A stretch of DNA of 64,000 nt from a virus (Duplodnaviria > Caudoviricetes), in the IMG/VR virus record IMGVR_UViG_3300014203_000001, positions 128,001-192,000 of that record; one strand, 5' to 3'. Shown here piece by piece: positions 9,956-19,764 of the stretch. The position numbers and the translations under genes are program-made. Under the pieces are notes generated by a model. That model saw only the letters and a program-made list of their open reading frames with translations. It did not search any database and was not told the origin of the DNA. How positions within the stretch are numbered: the first letter of the stretch is position 1; every line of letters begins with the position of its first letter.

Positions 9956-10780
9956 ATGAATATAGATGCAACGCAATATATGATACATAAAAATCTTATA
10001 GATGGAATTGGTATTAAAGATGATAGAGATCACTTTAATATAAAAACTAAAGTAGTTGTCAGATGTAGTGAAACTAAAGAGGAAATATTTACAGCCAGAA
10101 ACAAGTTAATCCTTCCAGGTGCTGGATTTATTGCTAGATCATTGTTTGATTTCTCATCCTCATCTGAAATAACTCCTACTTATAATAGTGCTTTAGGATT
10201 AGACAATATTGCCTATTCTACAACTCCAGGTCTTAATAAAATCTATCTATTCTGTGTAGGCACAGATGGATGCGGAACTCAAAATTCTCAAGTGTATGAA
10301 GAAGATTATAGAAAGTGGATAGGTGTCGATTCTATAATTCCTTTTCAGTATAGACCAGTAGCTAAAGATCTATCAGATTCAGCTAGAAAAGAATTGTACT
10401 TTGGTAGAAAAACTTCAGCTTCTTATTATTCATATTATTTTAAGAAGTTCGATTCAGATCCTAGATTAATACAACAGTTCTCAGATGGTACTCCTATAGA
10501 TAGTAATATTTATAATAGTACATCTACTCTACCAGTTCAGACTATTGCTCAAATGCAGATGTCTGTTACCCCGTATGATTGTAGAGATTATTTTATTGCC
10601 ACTACTGGCGTGAATGATGCTAGAATTAATACTATTTCTTTATGTACTGCATGGGCTAAAGAGATTAATGGATATAGTGTATACCAAGATATCAGACCAG
10701 TAACAAAACTAAACTTCCCTAATGAAGCCCTTATAGATTTGAAAAAGGGTATCGATATCGATTATAGCATATACTTCTAA
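9956..10780 (+). CDS. virion (baseplate/tail) protein
   Basis: Late promoter AACA-TAATAA-TA at 9920-9931; FCVGTDG, IPFQYR, YYFKKFD, TKLNFPNE motifs recalled from jumbo-phage structural proteins. Confidence 0.55.
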   Translation: MNIDATQYMIHKNLIDGIGIKDDRDHFNIKTKVVVRCSETKEEIFTARNKLILPGAGFIARSLFDFSSSSEITPTYNSALGLDNIAYSTTPGLNKIYLFCVGTDGCGTQNSQVYEEDYRKWIGVDSIIPFQYRPVAKDLSDSARKELYFGRKTSASYYSYYFKKFDSDPRLIQQFSDGTPIDSNIYNSTSTLPVQTIAQMQMSVTPYDCRDYFIATTGVNDARINTISLCTAWAKEINGYSVYQDIRPVTKLNFPNEALIDLKKGIDIDYSIYF

Positions 10781-10786
10781 ACTATA

Positions 10787-10813
10787 AAGCAGAGTAGATT
10801 ATCTACTCTGCTT
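10787..10813. terminator. terminator hairpin
   Basis: AAGCAGAGTAGAT-T-ATCTACTCTGCTT. Confidence 0.75.
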
Positions 10814-10844
10814 ATTTCTTATAAGAATTACATTAAGATAAGAG

Positions 10845-12074
10845 GTGATAGCATTGAAACGAATGAGTAAAACAATAACCAAGAAAGAAGATATAGATTA
10901 TTTTATTTCATTAGATATGGATACACTAACTAGTCTATCCTTTATAATGGATACATTCGGAGAGTTTGAGAATAAAAGAAAATTTAGTCCATATGATATC
11001 ATAACAATACCAGCTAATTCCTACGGTCCTGAGGGAAAAAAGAACAAGAAACCATTTACAACTACTGTGGGATTATTTATATTCAATAAGTGTTTTATAG
11101 AAAAGGATCTATTTGAACTATTCCAATATATAGACAAACCTGTAGATAAGAAAGTCGCTGGTAAGATTAACTCTAAAATGAGCTATGCTGTATTGGAAGA
11201 TAAGATTACGCTACAAGTTATGAAAGACTATCTGATGAAAACACAAAAGTTCCAACCTTATTCTAATATTCTCTGTCCTAGCGTAACAATGAATATGCTT
11301 CTTATCAGTGATAAGATAGCTAAAAGAAAGAAAGAGCTATTAGATAAAAATAAAGAAGCTATTGCCAAAGGCGATGAGAAAGTAGTAGCCGCAATAGAGA
11401 AAGAACTATTAGATCTTTGTGAAGAATTATTAGCAGATGATCCATCTATGGATCTATACAAATCTGGAGCTAAAGGTTCTTGGGGTAATAACTTTAAGAA
11501 TATCTTTGTAATGCGTGGGGCAATAAAAGATCCAGATCCTACTAAAGGATATGACGTTGTTACTGATAATTATATAGATGGTATTAAGAAAGATGGATAT
11601 AGTACAATGGCTAAATCTCTAGCTGCTGGTCCTTATTCTAGAGCAAAGAAGACACAATATGGGGGTTACTGGGAGAAACTTTTCTTAAGATCTTTTCAGC
11701 ATATAACTCTATTACCAGCTGGTTCTGACTGTGGCACTACAAGAACAATAAATATGACTATTACTGATAAGAATGCTAGTATGCTTATGTATAACTACAT
11801 AGTTAGTGGAAGTAATCTCGTAGAACTGACTTCTGATAACATAGAATCATATAAAGGCAAAACTGTTAAAATGCGGTTCTCTAGTTTATGTGAACATCCA
11901 AAGGGTATATGTAATAAATGTGCAGGTAATCTGTTCTATAGATTAGAAATAACAAATGTCGGTGTAGTAACTCCACAATTAGCATCAAGACTGAAAGTAA
12001 TTGCACTAAAAGCTTTCCATGATAGTCAAGTACAATTACATGAAATAGATGTAGCCAAAGCTTTCGGTATGTAA
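10845..12074 (+). CDS. phage multisubunit RNA polymerase beta' C-terminal subunit (probably virion RNAP)
   Basis: TTTVG, SGAKGS, bridge-helix GGYWEK, DCGT, Zn site C..C.KC.G, NVG, trigger-loop LKAFH; late promoter TACA-TTAAGA-TA at 10829-10840. Confidence 0.9.
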   Translation: MIALKRMSKTITKKEDIDYFISLDMDTLTSLSFIMDTFGEFENKRKFSPYDIITIPANSYGPEGKKNKKPFTTTVGLFIFNKCFIEKDLFELFQYIDKPVDKKVAGKINSKMSYAVLEDKITLQVMKDYLMKTQKFQPYSNILCPSVTMNMLLISDKIAKRKKELLDKNKEAIAKGDEKVVAAIEKELLDLCEELLADDPSMDLYKSGAKGSWGNNFKNIFVMRGAIKDPDPTKGYDVVTDNYIDGIKKDGYSTMAKSLAAGPYSRAKKTQYGGYWEKLFLRSFQHITLLPAGSDCGTTRTINMTITDKNASMLMYNYIVSGSNLVELTSDNIESYKGKTVKMRFSSLCEHPKGICNKCAGNLFYRLEITNVGVVTPQLASRLKVIALKAFHDSQVQLHEIDVAKAFGM

Positions 12075-12086
12075 GGAGGTTAGAAA

Positions 12087-12274
12087 ATGTGTTGTGATTA
12101 TATATATACCTTGTAGTTGCAGAGTATCCTACTGGTGAGGAGGATAGAGTTATTAAAGTTATTATTGGTGCATTTATTGAAGAAAAAGATGCTAATATTG
12201 CTAGTAAACCAGAGCATAGAAGTATAGTCAAAGTCAAAATGAATGCACTATTAGAAGAAGGAATTATATTATAA
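12087..12274 (+). pseudogene. small gene frameshifted in a (TA)5 tract
   Basis: RBS AAGGAGGT + ATG 12087; removing one TA from 12099-12108 gives a 61-aa ORF (MCCDYIYLVVAEYPTGEE..EEGIIL). Confidence 0.55.
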
Positions 12275-12275
12275 A

Positions 12276-12308
12276 ATATCCCCAGTGGACATAATCCACT
12301 GGGGATAT
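12276..12308. terminator. bidirectional terminator hairpin
   Basis: ATATCCCCAGTGGA-CATAA-TCCACTGGGGATAT followed by a T run. Confidence 0.8.
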
Positions 12309-12339
12309 CGTTTTTTAAACCGAGAAGAACTTTAAATTA

Positions 12340-12457
12340 ACCTGCGTACTAACCAATTTAGTATACAGTTATATGGACTGCCCATCATATGGGCTTCCTG
12401 CTTCATAAATAAACCTATTGGTCTATCTCGGCAGGCTCAAAGGGTCGTCCCAACCCC
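12340..12457 (-). ncRNA. TnpB omega-RNA (scaffold about 12457-12374, guide from about 12373 leftwards)
   Basis: GGGGTTGGGACGACCC-TTTGAGCCTGCCGAG..GAAGCAGGAAGCCC-ATATGAT-GGGCAGTCCA resembles IS605 right-end scaffolds; lies downstream of tnpB. Confidence 0.7.
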
Positions 12458-12492
12458 ATTTATATCTTTATATCGTAGTATAAGAAATATAA

Positions 12493-13611
12493 TTAAGCTA
12501 CATATCCTAGTCTACCATCCAATATGTTAAGTCCATAATTTACAAGATTCATAGAAGCGTTAAAATCTCGATCATGGAATGATCCACATTCAGGGCATTC
12601 CCATTCTCTAAGATTTAAGTTTTTTACGTCTCTATTACGGTAATTACATACATGGCATAGTTGACTGCTAGGGTAATGTTTATCTGCTATAATTAAATCT
12701 CTACCATAACGTTCAGCTTTGTATTTAAGCATCGTATCAAATTTACTCCATGATACTTCGTGTATGGATTTATTTATTGCTTTGAAAGGCGTAAGCATAC
12801 TGCCTATTCTTAGATCTTCTATAACTACTGTTTGGTTATCACGAATAATTCTAGAAGATAACTTATGAAGAAAATCATTACGTTGATTAGTAATCTTCTC
12901 ATAGCACTTAGCTACTTTAATTCTAGCTTTGTTTCTATTATTGGAACCAAGTTTCTTTCTAGACAATCTTCTTTGTAGTTTAGTTAATTTACTTTGAGCA
13001 TTTCTAAACCATTTAGGATTATCTATAGTTTCGCCATTACTCATAATAGCAAAGTGTTTTATTCCTAAATCTATACCTAAGATATTATTTTGGTAAGTTG
13101 TATACTTTGTTGGTTCTTCCTCTTCTACTAATACTGATATATAATATCTACCATTGGGGTTCTTAGTAATAGTAGCCGATTTTATAATACCATCAAATTG
13201 TCTATCTTGTTTAAATTTAACCATACCAGCTTTAGGTAATCTAATTCTTTTACCTTCTATTCTAATGGCAGTAAAATTATTTATATTGCTAGTACTATAA
13301 GACAATTTAGATAACTTTTTACTTTTAAATTTAGGAAATCCTTTATCCCCTCTATTAAAGAAATTCTTATATGCTTTCTCTAAATTATTTTGAGCATTTA
13401 CTAAAGCAAAAGCATCTACATCTTTAAGAAATTGATATTGCTCTTTGTACTGAGCTGGATGGTTTCTTAATGGTTGTTTGGTTTCTTTATAATAATTTAT
13501 TTTATCTTCAAGCATTTTATTATAAACAAATCTACAGCAGCCAAATGTTTTATCAAATAGATCTATTTGTTCATTTGTTGGATATAACCTAAATTTATAA
13601 GAATTAAACAT
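12493..13611 (-). mobile_element. tnpB: IS200/IS605-family RNA-guided nuclease TnpB, no tnpA nearby
   Basis: SYKFRLYPTNEQ HTH, RuvC GIDLG / VIEDL / DRDFNA intact, CxxC..CPEC zinc finger. Confidence 0.95.
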
Positions 13612-13628
13612 TTTGATATACCTCCTCT

Positions 13629-13640
13629 TATTAGAAAGTT
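13629..13640 (-). promoter_or_regulatory. late-type promoter of tnpB
   Basis: AACT-TTCTAA-TA immediately before RBS GAGGAGG, same spacing as in structural genes. Confidence 0.5.
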
Positions 13641-13700
13641 ATAAGTGTAAAAATCTAGTCTATCTTAATATAAAAAATAGATATAAATATTAGATATGAC

Positions 13701-13718
13701 TATATATTATAGAGGTGT
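13701..13718 (+). promoter_or_regulatory. early-type (virion RNAP) promoter
   Basis: TATATATTATA-GAGG-TG; one of 12 copies. Confidence 0.7.
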
Positions 13719-13753
13719 AAGAGGAATATGATTTTAAGGAGGAGAAATGTGCA

Positions 13754-15793
13754 ATGCAATTAGGAGTAAAACTACAGTATCCGTTTAATGAAGAATTTAC
13801 TTATAGGTCTAGAATCGAAAGAATCGATCTAGATCAAGAAATGGAAAACGACATCGCGACAAACAAAGGGTTCTTTATCAAAGAACCACCACCTATTAAC
13901 AAAGCCTTAAAACGAACAGACTCTATCTATTCTGAGATCTTTATGAAAACTCTACACGATCCAGATGCCTATATGGATCGGTATAGTTGTAAAAGTGGAT
14001 GTACCCAAGGAAGAGGAAACAAAGATTTAATCTGCCCAATATGTAAAACCAAAGTAAAATTCGTAGGTGATGATTTTGAGATATTTGGTTGGATCAGAAT
14101 CAAAGAAGACTACGCTATAATCCATCCGAATCTCTACAAATCTATTGCGTATTTTATTGGGATCGGAACACTGGAGAATATTATCGAACCAGAGATCGAT
14201 CTCGATGTTAATGGTATCGCAGTCGGTAGATATGATAAGAGAATAAGCAAAAAGAAACAAAAGCGTAAGTATAACAAACGTGCAGGAAAAATCGATGAGA
14301 CATTTGCTGGAATTGGAATGATAGAATTCCAACAAAGATTCGACGAAATCATGGATTATTTTCTAACGAAGAACAAGGGAAACAAAAGAGAATATTATGA
14401 TGATATAATGGCTAACAGACATCTTATATTCATACATAATATACCAGTATATTCTACTGGTTTGAGACCATTCAAAACAGAAGGTAAAAGATTTACCTTT
14501 GAGGGAACAAATGCTATATTTAATATCATGGCAAAGCTTGCTGCTATGATAAATAAAGACGACCTTCAACTATATAGAGATAAGAAGTATCGAAATACAC
14601 TTCTATGGGATATGCAAGAAAAGTATAATAAACTCTATTCAGAAATAGAGAATATTTGCTCTAACAAAAAAGGATCTGTTAGAATGCTAGTTGGAGGAAG
14701 ATGTAGTTTTACATCTAGGCTAGTAATCATTCCCGATCATACTCTTAGAGTTGATGAGGTAAAACTTTCTTATTATAGTCTAGTAGAGTTATTACAGCAG
14801 ACTATAATAAATATCTTAGTACGATCATATAATATCTCATATGCAAAAGCATATATGATATTTTACAAAGCACAAGTGGTGCAAAATCCAAGAGTAAGAG
14901 AAATCATCGAAAATCTCATCAGAGCTAATAATGGAATCAATGTTATAATTAATAGGAATGAAATTAGCGTTCCCCTTACAGGTAACTGTGAGTTAACAAA
15001 CCTCTTGAATTGCTGGAAAGTGCTAAAGCCTAGAATAGCTACAACATAATCCGAGAGGATAGGTGTGAATGCCGACGAAAGTCAGAAAAAATATTTTAGG
15101 ATGACCTATTGCTGAAATAAAAGCCCTCTTACGAATAAGAGGGTGCTAAGGGTTATTAACAATGTATAATCAGCAGCTAAGTATCCTATATTTTATAGGA
15201 TAAAAGTTCAACGACCATCCAGAGATATAGGGGCTGAAATACGTCATGAAAATAAGGCACTGTTAACAGCAGTGGACGAATCGAGGAGTAGAGCCTAAGC
15301 AGGTGAGCATTGCTCTTAAATCGAAGGAAGAGGCTTCCGTTATATAACGGAAGATGATATGGTCTGTACATCCAGAGAAAAACTGGAGATGCCTAAATGC
15401 CAATTTAGACTGCGTTGATTAGCGTTCAACGTGAACAATTAGCCTACGATTGCCTACGGCAGTATCTTGGCGATGCGTTGTATTGGTATAAATGATGATT
15501 ACACGATGTCTCTGCCCCTCCAGGTTAATAGCCTATTCGCATCAGACTATGATGGTGATTGTTTAAATATTATCTATATTCCTAATAAAGCGTTCTGGGA
15601 TTCAGCAATGTATTGTTTTAATCCTAGAAATACTATGATGATTTCTAAGAACGATGGGAAGTTTAATAACCAATTGAATATCTATAAAGATATTCTTATT
15701 AATGCAAATGGTTTGATTAATCTATCTAGAGATTATTACACACCAGAGCAGCTTGCTAAGATAGAAGCTGTTAAAGCTAAGTATGGTAACTAA
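13754..15793 (+). CDS. phage RNA polymerase beta' N-terminal/catalytic subunit (probably non-virion RNAP), spliced join(13754..14959,15443..15793), 518 aa
   Basis: Zn finger YSCKSG..CPIC, GWI, KKG.VR..GGR..F.SR.VI.PD; splicing restores NRN|PTI; catalytic ASDYDGD; early promoter. Confidence 0.92.
14960..15442 (+). ncRNA. group I self-splicing intron (phage IA2-like), no internal homing ORF
   Basis: 5' exon ends in U within P1 (GGAAU/GUUCC); P GAATTGCTGGAA, Q AATCAGCAG, R GTTCAACGACCA, S GATGATATGGTCT; terminal G at 15442; removal restores the reading frame. Confidence 0.9.
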
Positions 15794-15800
15794 ATAAATA

Positions 15801-15827
15801 TAGAGGATAGCATATTGCTATCCTCTA
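15801..15827. terminator. terminator-like hairpin
   Basis: TAGAGGATAGCA-TAT-TGCTATCCTCTA. Confidence 0.7.
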
Positions 15828-15853
15828 GTATATTTTAAGGAGAATGATATAAA

Positions 15854-16090
15854 ATGTTAGTTGCAGATATTAAAGAACTTCCAGCCATTGGTGAGTATGC
15901 AGTAATGGCTAATGCTGTACATGGAGAAGTAGAGAAATTAAAAGCTGTACTCCATATGCCAGATGACGAGATCGCTAATATTATTCATGTATTCTTTGCA
16001 AGTGACAACGAAGAGGATAATATTCATGAAGAACAAGGTGTAAGATATTATGCTATTCGGACATATGTTCCACTAGCAGAAGAGGAATAA
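15854..16090 (+). CDS. hypothetical protein
   Basis: RBS AAGGAG; acidic, 78 aa. Confidence 0.65.
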   Translation: MLVADIKELPAIGEYAVMANAVHGEVEKLKAVLHMPDDEIANIIHVFFASDNEEDNIHEEQGVRYYAIRTYVPLAEEE

Positions 16091-16169
16091 TATGTTTAAG
16101 AAAACAGTATTTCTTATGATGCTTACCCATATGATGATAATTATGAATAAAATATAAAGGGGATATAAA

Positions 16170-16523
16170 ATGCTTAGTAAAAATGATATTGCTGAATTGG
16201 AAAATTTAAAATTTGTGAAAGATTTAGACCCTATTATATATAATATAATTTTGAAATATGTCGTAAAATCACAAATTCAAATGGACTTGGTAAAGTCGCT
16301 AGTATTAAAAACACCTTCATCTTTATATGTAATGAAGGGTGAAGATCTATCTCTTCAAAATATTATAGAGAATAGTGAAACCTGGGACATATTGAGTAGA
16401 GTAAAGTTTTATTCTGGAGTCAGCGCTCAGGCGAGTATTAGTGCTATGCAACTCAATATTAATATAGCTAAACAATTCTATCAGGATAAATATTTTATAG
16501 TAGACATATCAGATATAAAATAA
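16170..16523 (+). CDS. hypothetical protein
   Basis: RBS AAGGGG; followed by a terminator. Confidence 0.65.
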   Translation: MLSKNDIAELENLKFVKDLDPIIYNIILKYVVKSQIQMDLVKSLVLKTPSSLYVMKGEDLSLQNIIENSETWDILSRVKFYSGVSAQASISAMQLNINIAKQFYQDKYFIVDISDIK

Positions 16524-16528
16524 GACAG

Positions 16529-16616
16529 TATATACCCCTGTGCCAGAGAGAAAGCACAGGGGTATATAAATTCTAATCTATAATTGAAAGGATACCGCTA
16601 TGGAACAGTATTCTTT
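16529..16616 (-). ncRNA. candidate late small RNA (about 88 nt, two hairpins)
   Basis: Perfect late promoter AACA-TAAAGA-TA (16627-16616) with no ORF downstream; hairpins 16588-16615 and 16529-16568. Confidence 0.4.
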
Positions 16617-16685
16617 ATCTTTATGTTATAGCCGTATTAATAGTTATCTGGAACATATCGATAAAGGTTTATTTTTTATAAGGAG

Positions 16686-18002
16686 TTGATGTTTATGTAT
16701 ACTAATGATAGATATATCCCACCATCCAAACCTATAGAGATTATAAAGGAAATAAATAAAGATTTAAATGTTAGTTTGTGTGTTCCTAGCGTTACTAACT
16801 CATATTCTATGTGTGTAGAATATATAAGAGGATGGGTAAAATCCAAGTTTCAACAAGATTATTTTAAGAGTGAATATATAGATGGTAAGAATATCTTAGA
16901 TGACTTTAGAAACAAAAGTAAGAATGAATTAGTTAAGAGATTAAAGCCTGCCCTCTCTATAGTTCATCAAGCGGATATGGACTTCGATAGAGAATACCTA
17001 GATCTATATAATTATGGTACTAATCTGCACTATAATAAATGTAGCTATAGAGATGCTTTCTTTAAAGACTTAACTAAGAAAAACTTCATATCTATAGCAA
17101 TGGAAATACTTATGATGAACTTCACGGTTAAGATTAAAGTATCATCTAAAGCACATGCAATGGATCTAGCTAAGTTTATTCAAATGGCATTTAAATGCCA
17201 CGGAACAGAAGCAAAATACGTAGATATGGATTACCACATACCCACAGATCTTATGCTTAGGGTTGCTAAAGATAGCGGATTTGCTGTTAAGAATAATGCC
17301 GTGGTGGATATGACTGGGTTTATGCATTATCTTAATAGAAATTCTGCTTTGCCATTTATGTATAAGATGAGAAATCTAAAAGGAAAGTTTGAATACTTTC
17401 TGAAGCTAACAGAGATGTATGTTCATACAAGAACAGAGAAGGTAACAGTAGATGATGGAGAAAGAGAAGGACAATTGCAGAATAACTTTGTTGTTCAGTT
17501 TGATTGTGCGGTTAGATTTCCTACACCTAAGTTCTACGCTTATTATTCTCTAGAACAACATGAGTTGATTAGAGGACAAAATATGGATGGAACTTATACT
17601 GTATATGAACTATGTATGACTAAAGTTCCACAAGTTAATAATAAAGGATGGAATAGATTTGTAACATTTGACTTCATGCAGAGTGAAGAAGAATATAATG
17701 CTAAACTTCCTTTAGAGATAGACTTAAAAGAACTATTCACTAGTGGAAGTGGAAAGCTAAAAGAAGTTGCAGATTATACTAAATCTTTATTCTTATCCCC
17801 ATCTGTATTTATCGATATCAAACTTTTTAATAACTTTGAAGAAGTACCATTATCAATAGACTGGGGTACATATACTTTGAAGTCTAATGAGGTTCTTACT
17901 AATGCCATGTCTTTCATAGCTATATATGTAGACTTGAAATATGTAAACGAACAGCAGATAACTGCTAATAATTATAAAGGTTCTAGAATTAAAACTAAAT
18001 AA
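16686..18002 (+). CDS. probable virion structural protein
   Basis: Late promoter AACA-TATCGA-TA at 16652-16663; 438 aa; terminator follows. Confidence 0.6.
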   Translation: MMFMYTNDRYIPPSKPIEIIKEINKDLNVSLCVPSVTNSYSMCVEYIRGWVKSKFQQDYFKSEYIDGKNILDDFRNKSKNELVKRLKPALSIVHQADMDFDREYLDLYNYGTNLHYNKCSYRDAFFKDLTKKNFISIAMEILMMNFTVKIKVSSKAHAMDLAKFIQMAFKCHGTEAKYVDMDYHIPTDLMLRVAKDSGFAVKNNAVVDMTGFMHYLNRNSALPFMYKMRNLKGKFEYFLKLTEMYVHTRTEKVTVDDGEREGQLQNNFVVQFDCAVRFPTPKFYAYYSLEQHELIRGQNMDGTYTVYELCMTKVPQVNNKGWNRFVTFDFMQSEEEYNAKLPLEIDLKELFTSGSGKLKEVADYTKSLFLSPSVFIDIKLFNNFEEVPLSIDWGTYTLKSNEVLTNAMSFIAIYVDLKYVNEQQITANNYKGSRIKTK

Positions 18003-18055
18003 AATATACCCCTATGCTAATTGCATAGGGGTTTGTAATACTTCGTTATTTCAAG

Positions 18056-18073
18056 CATATATTATATATGTGA
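18056..18073 (+). promoter_or_regulatory. early-type promoter
   Basis: CATATATTATA-TATG-TGA. Confidence 0.7.
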
Positions 18074-18126
18074 ATAATAATAAAATTAACTGAGCTGGCA
18101 GTACAACTAGCGAAAGGTGGTTTATT

Positions 18127-18420
18127 ATGTTTAGAATAGAAGAGAGTACTATGGTTAGATATCAAGATCGTATGGCTGGTAGAATGATCGTTTCCAATGG
18201 CTCAGACAGCCAAGTAATCTTCGAAGGATCAGACGATTTAATGGATACAATAGCATCTGTTGAAGAAGCACTGCAGTCATTTAAATATCTGCCTAAAGAA
18301 ATAACTGAATTAAAATCTGCTACATATTCTGTTAAACTTATAGGTAAAAACGCTAAAGCCCTATTAGTCGAGATGTTAGAGTTTACATTAGATACCATGA
18401 AATCCCTACCTATACAATAA
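18127..18420 (+). CDS. early hypothetical protein
   Basis: RBS AAAGGTGG, early promoter. Confidence 0.7.
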   Translation: MFRIEESTMVRYQDRMAGRMIVSNGSDSQVIFEGSDDLMDTIASVEEALQSFKYLPKEITELKSATYSVKLIGKNAKALLVEMLEFTLDTMKSLPIQ

Positions 18421-18499
18421 TGCAAAGAAAATAAAGAGGATAAACTCTCTTTATTTTTTCTCAGTAAATAAAAGGATAGCAATATGCTATCCTTTATAT

Positions 18500-19099
18500 C
18501 TAGTTAGTTAATCTGCCAATAGCAACACCAGCAACTGTACCCCATATTGTATTTTGCAATTTTTGTCTTTTAAGAACATCTTTATCATGTTCTAATAATA
18601 GTCTTTGGTTCTCGTCTTCTAGTATACGATTAGCAATCTCCCGTTTAACAATAGCATCGATATCTATAGTAGTGGATGATTTCTGCGTAACTACGAATTT
18701 ACCATCTACAATTTCTTTTCCATCTGTAGTTTTGGTAGCTAATTCTTCAGTCTTGCCATTATACGTAACAGAAACAGGATCAACTGTACTTGTCATCTCC
18801 AAACCAGAATCCTTTTTCGATTCTTTCTCTACATATTGAATTTCAGTAACAGTATCACCTTTAACTAATTCTTTTACTGGTGTTTTAGCTTTCTTCTCCG
18901 CTAATGCTTGAGCAATAACTGCATCTTCTTTCTCTTTAACGATAGAAGAATACTGAGCCTTGAAATTAGTATAATCTTCATTTAGTGTATCATATTTAGC
19001 ACTATAATATTTAGCAGTAAAATGATATGTAACCAGCGAACAAAGCACTGCCGTTACTAATGCTATAATCAGATATGTTTTATTAATTGTGATTGCCAT
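18500..19099 (-). CDS. late membrane protein, spanin-like architecture
   Basis: N-terminal TM, coiled coil, C-terminal WGTVAGVAIG; late promoter AACA-TGTAGG-TA at 19123-19134. Confidence 0.5.
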   Translation of the reverse strand: MAITINKTYLIIALVTAVLCSLVTYHFTAKYYSAKYDTLNEDYTNFKAQYSSIVKEKEDAVIAQALAEKKAKTPVKELVKGDTVTEIQYVEKESKKDSGLEMTSTVDPVSVTYNGKTEELATKTTDGKEIVDGKFVVTQKSSTTIDIDAIVKREIANRILEDENQRLLLEHDKDVLKRQKLQNTIWGTVAGVAIGRLTN

Positions 19100-19140
19100 T
19101 TTGAATACCCCCATTTATTTTTTACCTACATGTTTTCCAT

Positions 19141-19707
19141 TTATATTACTATAGGGATGATTTTTTCATATAGCTTATATCCCCCTCTATTTACATACAC
19201 ATCTATAGGAAACTTATCAATATCACCATTTCTATCTACATATAGTTTACCTTTTAGTTCGAAGTTGGTAGCTATAACAAATCCTAATTTTATAGGCTTA
19301 CCTACTTCTACCCTGCAAACTACAGATATTATGATAGATTTATATCTATCTATTTTTATATTTTTCTCATATCCAATATGGAAGGCATCTATTACATTCT
19401 CGGATATAGATTTTTTAGTATTTATATCAAAGTCTCTATGAAGTTCTTTATATTGAATTATATGATTATACTTTTCATCTCGTCCTGATATTTTAATATC
19501 GTCTATACTAAAGTCTAATGTATCGCCTAATACAGTAAATATACCATTATCTATATCGAAAGAAATTTTACTATCTTTACTTACCAATCCGAACTCTTTT
19601 AATTTATCTTTATCTATAGAATAGAAATCATTTTCTTTATCATCTTCTAATTCATATACTATAGATCCATCGTTATATTTAGCAAACCACATAAATTTTT
19701 GTTCCAT
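19141..19707 (-). CDS. hypothetical protein in tail-fibre cluster
   Basis: RBS GGGAG; W.A.Y.DG....E N-terminus. Confidence 0.7.
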   Translation of the reverse strand: MEQKFMWFAKYNDGSIVYELEDDKENDFYSIDKDKLKEFGLVSKDSKISFDIDNGIFTVLGDTLDFSIDDIKISGRDEKYNHIIQYKELHRDFDINTKKSISENVIDAFHIGYEKNIKIDRYKSIIISVVCRVEVGKPIKLGFVIATNFELKGKLYVDRNGDIDKFPIDVYVNRGGYKLYEKIIPIVI

Positions 19708-19764
19708 TATACACTCCCCTATAGATGAAATATAAGACTATGGAAAATCCATAGTCTTTATAAA

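Noticed and set aside
14960-15371. ORF 15186..15371 (-) and the last 29 codons of ORF 13754..15049
   Set aside because: Both lie inside the structured intron and have no endonuclease motifs
16092-16157. 21-codon Met-rich mini-ORF, and a 17-codon ORF near 30607
   Set aside because: Too short, with no independent support
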